From Oligoflexales bacterium (GTDB lineage Bacteria; Bdellovibrionota_B; Oligoflexia; Oligoflexales; RGVZ01), in contig JBIIGV010000233.1 of NCBI GenBank assembly GCA_044236265.1, forward strand, positions 5,889 to 69,888: DNA of 64,000 nt, given 5' to 3'. A program made the position numbers and the translations under genes. Below the pieces are notes generated by a model. That model was not told the origin of the DNA. It did not search any database and saw nothing but the letters and a program-made list of their open reading frames with translations. This document shows, in pieces, positions 17,231 to 25,981 of the stretch; positions within the stretch are counted from its first letter, which is position 1, and every line of letters begins with the position of its first letter.

Positions 17231-18748
17231 ATGCTTAATTCCTATGCATTGCTTTTTGTTGATTGTCAGTCCACGGGGGCAAGCCCTCAAACAAGCTCAT
17301 TGCTGGAGCTTGCCGTCAATGGGCAGTCCTGGGTTTTACGTCAGGACGAGGCAGTTAGTCCCAAAATACTGCGTCTAATTGGCATATCGTCCGAGGAGAT
17401 CGCAATCGGCAAGTCGGCTGACGAGGTGTTCGCTGACTTTACACAGTTGATCGACGATGCACGGGAAGGTTTTGGCGAGAAGATTTTTGCGGTCGCTCAT
17501 TTTGCCAGGCTCGAGCAGTCTTATTTGGACCGCCTTTGGCAAAATTTTGCCCAAACAAATTTTCCACTACCTTTGATTTGTACACACAAGTTGGCAAAAA
17601 TACTTCACCCGCGTCTTCCCAACTATGGGCTAAGAGCACTTGGTGGTTGGTTTGGCAAACCTTTAGACGATGGTAAACGTGCCGCCCATCACGTTGACGC
17701 TACGCGTTGCATTTGGAATGCGCTCTCAGTCGAACTTGATCGGCGGGGCATCGGAACACTGGATGATCTAATAAAATTCATGGAGCAGAAGCCAGCTCGC
17801 GCCAGTGGTCGTCGCGAGTTTTTGATTACTCGCGAGAGGCGTTTGGGGCTTCCCTCTGATCCAGGTGTTTATCGTTATCTGGATCGTAATGGAAAAATCC
17901 TTTATGTGGGTAAGGCTACATCGCTAAAATCACGTGTTAACAGTTACTTCACCGGTGGATGTCGTGGAGATCATCGTAAACTTGAAATGCTGGCGCAGGC
18001 AGTCGAGGTTGAGGTCACCACCACTGAAGCTCCTCTCTTTGCGGGTCTCCTGGAATATGACGAGATTCGTAGGTTAAAGCCACCTTACAATATCGCCTTC
18101 AAGGGCCGTGGGCGCGATCACTTGCAGGCTCTGCAGATCCTTATGGTTCCTCCGACTCAGATTGTCATGTTTGAATATGCAAATATCATGAAGGAGTATT
18201 TTTATGATCTTGAGGATCAAAATATTCTCGTTGATGGATTAAAGTTGTGGCGTCACAAAAGAGGTGTATCGGTAGAGGATACGCTATCAGAGAGAAGCCT
18301 CCTAAATCTTGGAATGCCCCTTCTAAAAAACTGGATTGCTGAAGAACGACAAAGACGAAATTGTCGTGAGATAGACGTGGACGATGCCACGGATTCAGAG
18401 GAAGAATACATTGACGGCGTCGATGACGAAGATAATTTTGTATGGACTGCTGAAGTTGTGGTAGCCGTTTGTGAGAGAATCGTCAGACGGGCGACACGGA
18501 ATTATATCCGGTCCAAATGGTTGCGCCGGATTGCTGGAGCGACAATACAATTGAAATTTACAGCAGGACGGAAACAGAAACATAACACTGCAGATCGAGA
18601 GGCCACGATTTTTCCGTCAGAACGATATCCTGAGGTAGATCTTCGTCGGGTTGGCGTGTTGGTGCACGAGCTTCGTCGTATGGAATCCAAAGGCGACAAG
18701 TGGCAGATTATCAGTCCGTGGCCCATGACGATTCCCTTTTGGATTTAG
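17231..18748 (+). CDS. DnaQ-like (DEDD-fold) exonuclease domain fused to a GIY-YIG (UvrC/Cho-type) endonuclease domain, plus an acidic/basic C-terminal region
   Basis: The N-terminus has FVDCQSTG (ExoI-like), AHFARLEQSYL (ExoII-like) and AAHHVDATRC (ExoIII-like). The GIY-YIG domain is PGVYRYLDRNGKILYVGKATSLKSRVNSYF ... LLEYDEIRRLKPPYN. Confidence 0.75.
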   Translation: MLNSYALLFVDCQSTGASPQTSSLLELAVNGQSWVLRQDEAVSPKILRLIGISSEEIAIGKSADEVFADFTQLIDDAREGFGEKIFAVAHFARLEQSYLDRLWQNFAQTNFPLPLICTHKLAKILHPRLPNYGLRALGGWFGKPLDDGKRAAHHVDATRCIWNALSVELDRRGIGTLDDLIKFMEQKPARASGRREFLITRERRLGLPSDPGVYRYLDRNGKILYVGKATSLKSRVNSYFTGGCRGDHRKLEMLAQAVEVEVTTTEAPLFAGLLEYDEIRRLKPPYNIAFKGRGRDHLQALQILMVPPTQIVMFEYANIMKEYFYDLEDQNILVDGLKLWRHKRGVSVEDTLSERSLLNLGMPLLKNWIAEERQRRNCREIDVDDATDSEEEYIDGVDDEDNFVWTAEVVVAVCERIVRRATRNYIRSKWLRRIAGATIQLKFTAGRKQKHNTADREATIFPSERYPEVDLRRVGVLVHELRRMESKGDKWQIISPWPMTIPFWI

Positions 18749-21105
18749 GTGAGATCGTGGCAAAGCTCAAGATTGCAGTGACAGATTTCGCGCAAAAAAA
18801 TCAGTTGTCTGGTGATATTGATGAATCACAGGCTACAGGTCAGGTTTCTCCAGAATTGGGAATGGAGATTCACCGTGAGATTCAGGATCGCCGCGCGTCC
18901 GAGTTTTTGGACTACCAACGTGAACATCAAGTCAAAGGCTGTCTCACAACATCCAGGGATCTAGAGATTGATCTATCCGGACGCATAGACGGCATGTGGT
19001 CAGAGGGAGACTCTCTCCTTGTTGAGGATGTTAAAAGTACGCTTAATCTACGTAAGCTCCGGCGAAATCTTTTGGAGGATCCGGAGCATGATTATATCTT
19101 GCAGGTTAAAACCTATGGTTGGCTGCTTTGGAAACAGCGCGGCATCGTGCCAAGACTTAGACTTTTACTCGTGTCCGCAGGGAGCCGCGAGGAAGAAGTC
19201 TTTCCCGTGGAGTTTGACCCGGAAAAATTTTCTGAATGGGTAGAGCTGCGCCAAGAGTTTTTGGAAAAACTATGGGTCGAGGTTCGTCAATTCAAGATGC
19301 GGCGCAAAGAGATGGTAAAAGATCTGAAATTTCCCTTTGCGCGTAAACGCTCAGGTCAGTCTGAATTAATCAAAGAGGTTGAATCGGCATGTAAATCAAA
19401 GTTACAACTCATTATTCAGGCGCCGACAGGACTTGGTAAGACTGCCGGAGTGCTTTTTCCGTTGCTTAAGTCGGGTCTTCGCCGTGGTGACAAAGTTTTC
19501 TATGTAACTCCTAAAAATAGTCAGCTTCGAGAGGCGGAAAAATTTCTTAAATCTGTATCTGCTGATGGTAGTGGTCCGTTAGGTTTGGTTCTGACGGCCA
19601 AGCCCAAGATTTGCATGAATACAGAGGTTCGCTGCACGCCGGATGCCTGTCCGTTCGCTAAAGGTCACTACGATAAAGTTAATGAACATAGACTTATTGA
19701 CGCTTTGAGGCATGAACCGATGATTACCGGTGACTTGCTTCGGGATTACGCAGCCCGTTATCAAGTCTGTCCTTATGAATTAAGCAGGCTGCTTTTGCCA
19801 TGGGTGGATCTCGTCGCGGGAGATTATCATTATGCGCTTTCGCCACAGGCAAACCTGAGAGAGATTGCAAAGCTACCGCTGGTTGATGATCCCAAACCTT
19901 TACTTGCGATTGATGAGGCGCACAATCTCGCTGAGCGTGCGCTGGATTGGTATAGTCATCCTGTGGGTCCAGTTCCCGATGCGGTCTTAGCCATTAGTCC
20001 AAAAAAATTACGGCGACGGATGGCAAAAGCTAATGAGTGGCTACTGTCTTGTCTGTCAGGCGCTCCTGCCGGTTCTGTTCTTCGCACGCTTGATCGCAAA
20101 GCTCTGATAGAGGTTGTTAATCTTTGGTCGGCAGAAATGCCCTTGGTTCTGGAGTCTGCGACAGGTGATGATGACATTAAGCCGATCATCGAAAACTGGT
20201 TTAGTTGGCTAAGCCTTAGTGAGCTGTGTCAGTGTCCCGATGAGCTTTTTTTCGCCACAAGAAGCCAAGATGGGCTCGGGTTGACGCTCCATTGTGTCAA
20301 TGCCGGTCCTCTTATGCGGGAAACGTTGAGTAAATATCATTCCATAGTCGCATTCTCTGCCACGATGAAGCCATTTTCCTATCATCAAACCATGGTCGGC
20401 TTTACAGAGGATCGCACCATCACAAAGGAATTTACTTCACCTTTTCCCCGAGAACACAGGAAAATTATTGCGATTCCGCAAATTTCGACGGCTTGGCGCG
20501 ACCGGCCGCGAAGTTTGAATAGAATCGTTGAAGTTGTCGAGCGAGTGATTGCCATGAAACGCGGCAACTACATCGCTTTTTTTCCGAGCTTTGAACTCTT
20601 GAGACAGGCGTTACCTTTGGTCAGTGCTGAAGGCTTTGAAGTAATCGAGCAGCCTGCCGGTGCATCCATAAGCTGGGTGCAGGATGTTTTGCGTAAGCTA
20701 CGTAAACGTCGCAATATTTTACTTTTTGCTGTGCAGGGCGGAGTCCTTTCCGAAGGTATCGATTTGCCTGGTGATCAGTTGATAGGTGCCTTCATTATCG
20801 GTCCAGCGTTATCGATGATTACCACTGAGCGAGAGGAGCGTCGAAAACGTCTCAGTGCAGACGGTACAGATGGATATGCTCTAACTTATGGTTACCCAGC
20901 CATGGCCAAAAGTATTCAGTCCGCAGGGCGAGTCATCAGATCGTCAAAAGATCGAGGACTCATCATCCTCATGGATCCCCGATTCCTAAAGCCGCCATAC
21001 TCCGACGCTATACCATCCGATTGGATTGGCGAGGGCGGGTCGGCCGAAACATTGATAAGTCGTTCAATTTTGTCAGATATTGCAAGCTTTTGGTCAGAGT
21101 CCTAA
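18700..21105 (+). CDS. PD-(D/E)xK nuclease-like N-terminal domain fused to an XPD/Rad3/DinG-family Fe-S DNA helicase
   Basis: Nuclease-like motifs GRIDGMW ... LLVEDVKS ... QVKTYGW. The helicase has IIQAPTGLGKT (Walker A), a four-Cys cluster KICMNTEVRCTPDACPF...QVCPYE, DEAHNL (DEAH box) and QSAGRVIRS (motif VI). The start is uncertain: GTG 18700 overlaps the upstream gene by 49 nt, and GTG 18757 is an alternative. Confidence 0.8.
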   Translation: MADYQSVAHDDSLLDLGEIVAKLKIAVTDFAQKNQLSGDIDESQATGQVSPELGMEIHREIQDRRASEFLDYQREHQVKGCLTTSRDLEIDLSGRIDGMWSEGDSLLVEDVKSTLNLRKLRRNLLEDPEHDYILQVKTYGWLLWKQRGIVPRLRLLLVSAGSREEEVFPVEFDPEKFSEWVELRQEFLEKLWVEVRQFKMRRKEMVKDLKFPFARKRSGQSELIKEVESACKSKLQLIIQAPTGLGKTAGVLFPLLKSGLRRGDKVFYVTPKNSQLREAEKFLKSVSADGSGPLGLVLTAKPKICMNTEVRCTPDACPFAKGHYDKVNEHRLIDALRHEPMITGDLLRDYAARYQVCPYELSRLLLPWVDLVAGDYHYALSPQANLREIAKLPLVDDPKPLLAIDEAHNLAERALDWYSHPVGPVPDAVLAISPKKLRRRMAKANEWLLSCLSGAPAGSVLRTLDRKALIEVVNLWSAEMPLVLESATGDDDIKPIIENWFSWLSLSELCQCPDELFFATRSQDGLGLTLHCVNAGPLMRETLSKYHSIVAFSATMKPFSYHQTMVGFTEDRTITKEFTSPFPREHRKIIAIPQISTAWRDRPRSLNRIVEVVERVIAMKRGNYIAFFPSFELLRQALPLVSAEGFEVIEQPAGASISWVQDVLRKLRKRRNILLFAVQGGVLSEGIDLPGDQLIGAFIIGPALSMITTEREERRKRLSADGTDGYALTYGYPAMAKSIQSAGRVIRSSKDRGLIILMDPRFLKPPYSDAIPSDWIGEGGSAETLISRSILSDIASFWSES

Positions 21106-21217
21106 TTCGGACTTATATAGCGACATTGCGAAAGCGAGAACTCATCTGTCTATAATAGAGAGAGTTGATGGTTTTTATTTAGGTATTAAGTCGGCTTACG
21201 TCCAGAGGTAGTCATTT

Positions 21218-22372
21218 ATGATGAGTTTCAAATTATCGTCAGAGCAACAAGCAATTATTGATATGGCGCGAGAGTTTGCTCACAAAGAAATGATGCCAAA
21301 AGCGGCGCATTTCGATGAGACGATGGACTATCCTTGGGACATCATTAAAAAAGCTCACGCAAACGGTTTGCTGAATCTTGGTCTGAAAGAAGAGCATGGT
21401 GGACTCGGGGTTGGATCGCTTGTGCAAAGCATGGTTGTCGAAGAGCTCGCATATGGCTGCTCTGGGATGTCGACTGCAATTACAGCCAATGATTTAGCAC
21501 TCGGTCCATTATTGGTGGCCGCCAATCAGGAACAAATCGAAGAATTTGTGAAGCCGATGGTTAACGAGGCTAAAATGGCGGCCTACTGTGTAACGGAGCC
21601 AGGAGCCGGAAGTGACGTTGCTGGAATTAGGACGAGCTGCAAAAAAGACGGCGATAACTATATTTTAAATGGCGAAAAAATGTGGATCACGAATGGTTCC
21701 GTTGCGTCTTGGTATTTTGTTTTGGCAACCATGGACTCCTCACTTGGTCACAAAGGAATGTGCGGTTTTGTTGTGCCGTCAAATTTGCCCGGTATCACTG
21801 TTGGCAAGAAAGAGGTCAACCTGGGACAGCGTTGCTCTGACACCCGAGGCATTGTCTTTAAAGATGTGAAGGTTCCGAAGAAATATTTGCTTGGCAAAGA
21901 GGGCGAGGGATTTAAGTACGCTATGAAAGCGTTTGACCATTCGCGCCCATTCGTTGCGGCAGTTGGGGTTGGTATTGCCCAATGCGCGATGGATCATGCC
22001 GTCAAATATTCTTTGGAACGCAAAACTTTTGGAAAGCCGATTGCAGAGCACCAAGCAGTGGCATTTATGATTTCTGATATGGCAACTGAAATAGAGGCAT
22101 CGCGACTACTCTACCAAAAAGCGGCTTGGATGGCTGATGCAGGAATCAAAAACACCAAGTGGTGCTCCATGGCAAAATGTATGGGTGGAGACATTGCTGT
22201 CAAAGTATCGCAGGATGCTGTCCAGATCTTTGGTGGTTATGGCTATAACTCCGAATATCCGGTTGAGAAGTTATACCGTGACTCAAAAATTTGTCAGATC
22301 TATGAAGGCACTCAGCAAATCCAAAGAGTCATTATCAGTAGAGCTGTTTTTGCTGAGTACTCCCAAAGTTAA
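21218..22372 (+). CDS. Acyl-CoA dehydrogenase (short/medium-chain type)
   Basis: 384 aa, with YCVTEPGAGSDVAGIRT and QIFGGYGYNSEYPVEKLYRDSKICQIYEGTQQIQ (catalytic Glu region). AGAGGTAG SD. Confidence 0.9.
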   Translation: MMSFKLSSEQQAIIDMAREFAHKEMMPKAAHFDETMDYPWDIIKKAHANGLLNLGLKEEHGGLGVGSLVQSMVVEELAYGCSGMSTAITANDLALGPLLVAANQEQIEEFVKPMVNEAKMAAYCVTEPGAGSDVAGIRTSCKKDGDNYILNGEKMWITNGSVASWYFVLATMDSSLGHKGMCGFVVPSNLPGITVGKKEVNLGQRCSDTRGIVFKDVKVPKKYLLGKEGEGFKYAMKAFDHSRPFVAAVGVGIAQCAMDHAVKYSLERKTFGKPIAEHQAVAFMISDMATEIEASRLLYQKAAWMADAGIKNTKWCSMAKCMGGDIAVKVSQDAVQIFGGYGYNSEYPVEKLYRDSKICQIYEGTQQIQRVIISRAVFAEYSQS

Positions 22373-22520
22373 AATTTGGTCACTCTGAAACAAATAATGA
22401 ATTTAGCAATCATCTCAGCATAGCTTGATCGATGCGGTTAAGCTGTGCGCGTAACCTCCGATAACTACTAGGTTAAATTAAAACTGACTAGATGGTCACC
22501 TAGGGGCGGAGGATCAGCTT

Positions 22521-23546
22521 GTGATTCTGCGGATGATAGCCAGTGTTGCTTGTATGCTGTTTGGCATTAGCTTTTTTACTGCGTGTGGTGGCAAGGCTGG
22601 TGATCGAGTTGGCCAAAGAATGGCGCCTTCATTATCTGGTGATGCAGATTCCGAGATGGGCGAAAGTGATGATGCAACATCTGAGCCACCTGTCGATGCC
22701 GTGCTTCCGGGCGAAGAAGACATGGAATACCACAATCTTTTGAGAGCCTGTGGCGGAATCAATCCTGAGACTCCTGAAGCTTTGATTCTCGATCAGACGC
22801 TGAAAGCATATGCCACAAGGCAGCAAGGGACAGAGTCTATTGGTGGAATTCCCGTGCGCTATCAGGTCGACTTTGATGGCGAGCTGATCATCAAGTCATC
22901 TATCAATAAAAACGATTTGAATCGAACGCTTAGCCTAATTGAAGCAACTCCACAACTTGCAGCTAGAAAAGCACGTGAGCGCTTGGCTGCTCAAAGTGGT
23001 GAGTTGGCGACGGACTATGTTCCGTATTCCGAGCGGTCTGCGCTCTCTGACGTCGATGCTGCCTGGGATGGTGTGATCTGTACAATTCAACCTGCTCTTA
23101 AGACGGTCAATACCGTTGGTCGGCGCGTCGTTGTCACCTACAATAAACCGCTGCCCATACATGTTTCTCCGATTGCGGTGCGCGAGCGCTATGAATTGGA
23201 ACACACCGGCCAGCGTCGCTGGGAGCTGGAGGCCACGATTGTTGAGTCTGAGCGTCCTGATTTGCCGGTTGGCAGCGTAGTTCCTGGTTTTGTGGTAATC
23301 GAACCAGTCTCTCCAGAGCAAGTGGTCACTTTACCTGACGCATCGTCGATTGTGGTACGAGGGGATTTTGGCATTCGCATCCAAATTCGATTCGGTAGTG
23401 ATCAGATGACAAATATGATGGGATTAACTCCAGATTCAACCTATCTGATTGATCACACCAGGCGGATATTTCGTTCAATCACCGCTGATGTAAAAGATGG
23501 TTCGACTCCTGTCGTGACGTTCGCGGCTCAGGAGGCCGAACTGTGA
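22521..23546 (+). CDS. Hypothetical lipoprotein
   Basis: GTG start 8 nt after GGAGG. The signal plus lipobox is MILRMIASVACMLFGISFFTAC-GG. No family recognised. Confidence 0.6.
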   Translation: MILRMIASVACMLFGISFFTACGGKAGDRVGQRMAPSLSGDADSEMGESDDATSEPPVDAVLPGEEDMEYHNLLRACGGINPETPEALILDQTLKAYATRQQGTESIGGIPVRYQVDFDGELIIKSSINKNDLNRTLSLIEATPQLAARKARERLAAQSGELATDYVPYSERSALSDVDAAWDGVICTIQPALKTVNTVGRRVVVTYNKPLPIHVSPIAVRERYELEHTGQRRWELEATIVESERPDLPVGSVVPGFVVIEPVSPEQVVTLPDASSIVVRGDFGIRIQIRFGSDQMTNMMGLTPDSTYLIDHTRRIFRSITADVKDGSTPVVTFAAQEAEL

Positions 23547-24457
23547 AATATCTTAGCTTGATGCCAATTATCTTCGTCTGCGTATCGTGCGGTGCTAATC
23601 CGCCAGCAAAAAAGCCCTTGGCGAATGAATTTGAGTCAGATGCCAGTGCCGCGAATGTGGATGGCAAGTCTCCTTATGCGCTCGCATGCTCAGAGGCTGT
23701 CAGACGTGATGCTTACGGCCAAACTCTTGATGAGGCATTCAATATTTTGTGTGCCGGTGATTTGAAACCAAGTGGCACGTTTGTGAAAACACTAGCTGGA
23801 GATCCCTGGGACGGCTCGTCAGGCCTAAAGATTTTCAAGATTGGAAACGCTGAGCACGACACGGCAGCAAGAACGACAAAACTAACGGGCGGCGGCACAA
23901 TTCTAATTCCGATCGAGGCTGAAAAGTTTGCGGAGATGTCTCTTCTATATGCTGCGAATCCAGATTTGGCGGAGGAGCACGGAATTCGTCTTGTCGATGG
24001 ATTGAGGTCAGAACGGAAACTCGATGAAAATCTTGGGTCGATGGATGGCGTTCTCATGGGTAGAGTTACGTCGCGCTTATTGATCGAAAAAGAAATCAAT
24101 CATCAGAGAATCACGATTGAATATGACGCATCTCGCTCATCAGCCAGGTTCTCCCGAGATGTTTTTGTAACAGCGACAAAACTCATACGCCCGATCCAGG
24201 GCATCAAAGACATGTACAGCGTCAGTCTTTCTTACCCATGGGAGGGTGCAGTCGCCGTCACGACATTGATTATGACAAAGACCGACAATAAAAATCAGCC
24301 TGGTGTCGCTGCCGAAGCATTAATGAAAACATTTAAAGAGGGGATTCAGAACCTGCGCGCTAACGCAGTTGTCATGGGGCTGCGAGAATCAGAGTTATGG
24401 CTTCATGCCCCCGATGCGTGGGATGATCTATTGAACGGGGTTGCAAATGTGGATTGA
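23543..24457 (+). CDS. Hypothetical lipoprotein
   Basis: GTG start 7 nt after GGAGG, overlapping the upstream stop (GTGA). The lipobox is MKYLSLMPIIFVCVSC-GA. Confidence 0.6.
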   Translation: MKYLSLMPIIFVCVSCGANPPAKKPLANEFESDASAANVDGKSPYALACSEAVRRDAYGQTLDEAFNILCAGDLKPSGTFVKTLAGDPWDGSSGLKIFKIGNAEHDTAARTTKLTGGGTILIPIEAEKFAEMSLLYAANPDLAEEHGIRLVDGLRSERKLDENLGSMDGVLMGRVTSRLLIEKEINHQRITIEYDASRSSARFSRDVFVTATKLIRPIQGIKDMYSVSLSYPWEGAVAVTTLIMTKTDNKNQPGVAAEALMKTFKEGIQNLRANAVVMGLRESELWLHAPDAWDDLLNGVANVD

Positions 24458-25712
24458 AAAACAATTGAAGTTACATTCAGCCGCATTGATCTATTCTTTG
24501 TTGAACCCCTCAGTTGCAAGTGCTTATCCGTTTCTTTACACAGGAATTCATCAGATTGCTAACTCCGGTTTATCGGCTCTCGGTAGTTCGGATGCCACAG
24601 CAACTGCAGCAAATCCTGCGAATCTTTCGGACGCCCAAGCGACGAGTTCCTACGCAGATATGGCGATTGTATCCATGCAATACATATATGCACATACAAA
24701 CTACGATCCAGTTTATCTGAAGACCGTTGCCCCTCCAGTCAATCTTGGACTTAACGTGAAGACTGACTCAGGTCTCAGTTTCGGTCTTCTTGTGAGTCCT
24801 CGTACTGCTCCTGGCGCTAAACCTATCCGTGTGAATTCTGTGCCGACATTTACTGGTGCGGGATACGCCTTATTTAATCTAGATATTGAGCAAAGCGGAT
24901 TTATGGGTGGACTTGGTGCAGGTTACAAGCTTCCTGGAACAGGTTGGTCTGTCGGATTAACACTTCTTTATGGAGAGGATGCTCAGGAGATCTCCGCCTA
25001 TGCATCAGAAGGTGATCAAAGTTTGCCGGGCATGGATATGAAGTATTCTGGGCGTAGTATCCAGGGACTAATGGGAATCGCCTACGCAGGTGGTCGATCA
25101 TCTCTAGGTATGACTTTTAGGAGTCCTGCTGCCAGGCGTTATGATGGCGATATCGCAAGTGCATTGACAGATAACGTTTATGACCACTACAACGGCGTTT
25201 CTTATCATCCTGCACAGCTGACTGGAGCCGTGCAAGTTGGTAGAGGTGTGATGGATTATATGATGCAGGTAAATCGTGACTTTTGGTCGCTCGGACGCAA
25301 CGTCGCAAATCGCGGTTTACCTTATGGATCTCCAGAAACTGACTTCAAGGATAGTTTTGGGGTGTCCTTCGCTGCAAAGCTTCGCCAAAGCGACTCAACG
25401 TCGCTGTCGGCGTCCTGCGGGTATTATTCAGCTAACACGGGAGACGGAAGTGCCATCGATCACGGCTCAACGGCTCTCGATGACACCGCTATTCCGGTTC
25501 AAACTGGGATGGAGTTCGGTCAAATGGAGGCCATTCCCCGGGCTGTGCTGGGTGCTGGAATGATAAGAACCCTCGGAGACAACAGAGGATCTTGGGTTTT
25601 TTCCGGTAATTACCAAACGGGTACTAGGACCATTCCCGTGGGCCACAAGGGTGAAGGTTGGTACCATATCGACGTTTTCACGGTGGCGAGCGGGCTAAAT
25701 GTGAAATTTTGA
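24447..25712 (+). CDS. Outer-membrane beta-barrel protein, FadL/OmpP1/TodX-like
   Basis: The ATG at 24447 overlaps the upstream gene by 11 nt. Signal ...SLLNPSVASA, an N-terminal hatch-like ALGSSDATATAANPANL, alternating-hydrophobic strands, and a C-terminus GLNVKF with a terminal Phe beta-signal. Confidence 0.55.
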   Translation: MWIEKQLKLHSAALIYSLLNPSVASAYPFLYTGIHQIANSGLSALGSSDATATAANPANLSDAQATSSYADMAIVSMQYIYAHTNYDPVYLKTVAPPVNLGLNVKTDSGLSFGLLVSPRTAPGAKPIRVNSVPTFTGAGYALFNLDIEQSGFMGGLGAGYKLPGTGWSVGLTLLYGEDAQEISAYASEGDQSLPGMDMKYSGRSIQGLMGIAYAGGRSSLGMTFRSPAARRYDGDIASALTDNVYDHYNGVSYHPAQLTGAVQVGRGVMDYMMQVNRDFWSLGRNVANRGLPYGSPETDFKDSFGVSFAAKLRQSDSTSLSASCGYYSANTGDGSAIDHGSTALDDTAIPVQTGMEFGQMEAIPRAVLGAGMIRTLGDNRGSWVFSGNYQTGTRTIPVGHKGEGWYHIDVFTVASGLNVKF

Positions 25713-25981
25713 ATTTGGAACGATTTCCACTAACCGAAAATTCTTATTTTCTTCCGCATGGTTTGCACCGCTTTTTATTAAAATTCAGATGGGTAGATCT
25801 GGAATATTTGCAGAGCCATTATGCGCTCTAAAGTCCTATTTTGACTTTTAAAATCAGGTACTTTTGCGCTAGTGGGAAAGGCCTGCGATTCTTGATGGGC
25901 CCATATTTCCTTGTTAAAATTAAGATATCGAAATCTCTAAGAATTGCGAATTTGGTTTTGTATCTCAAACTCGAGAGTTGA

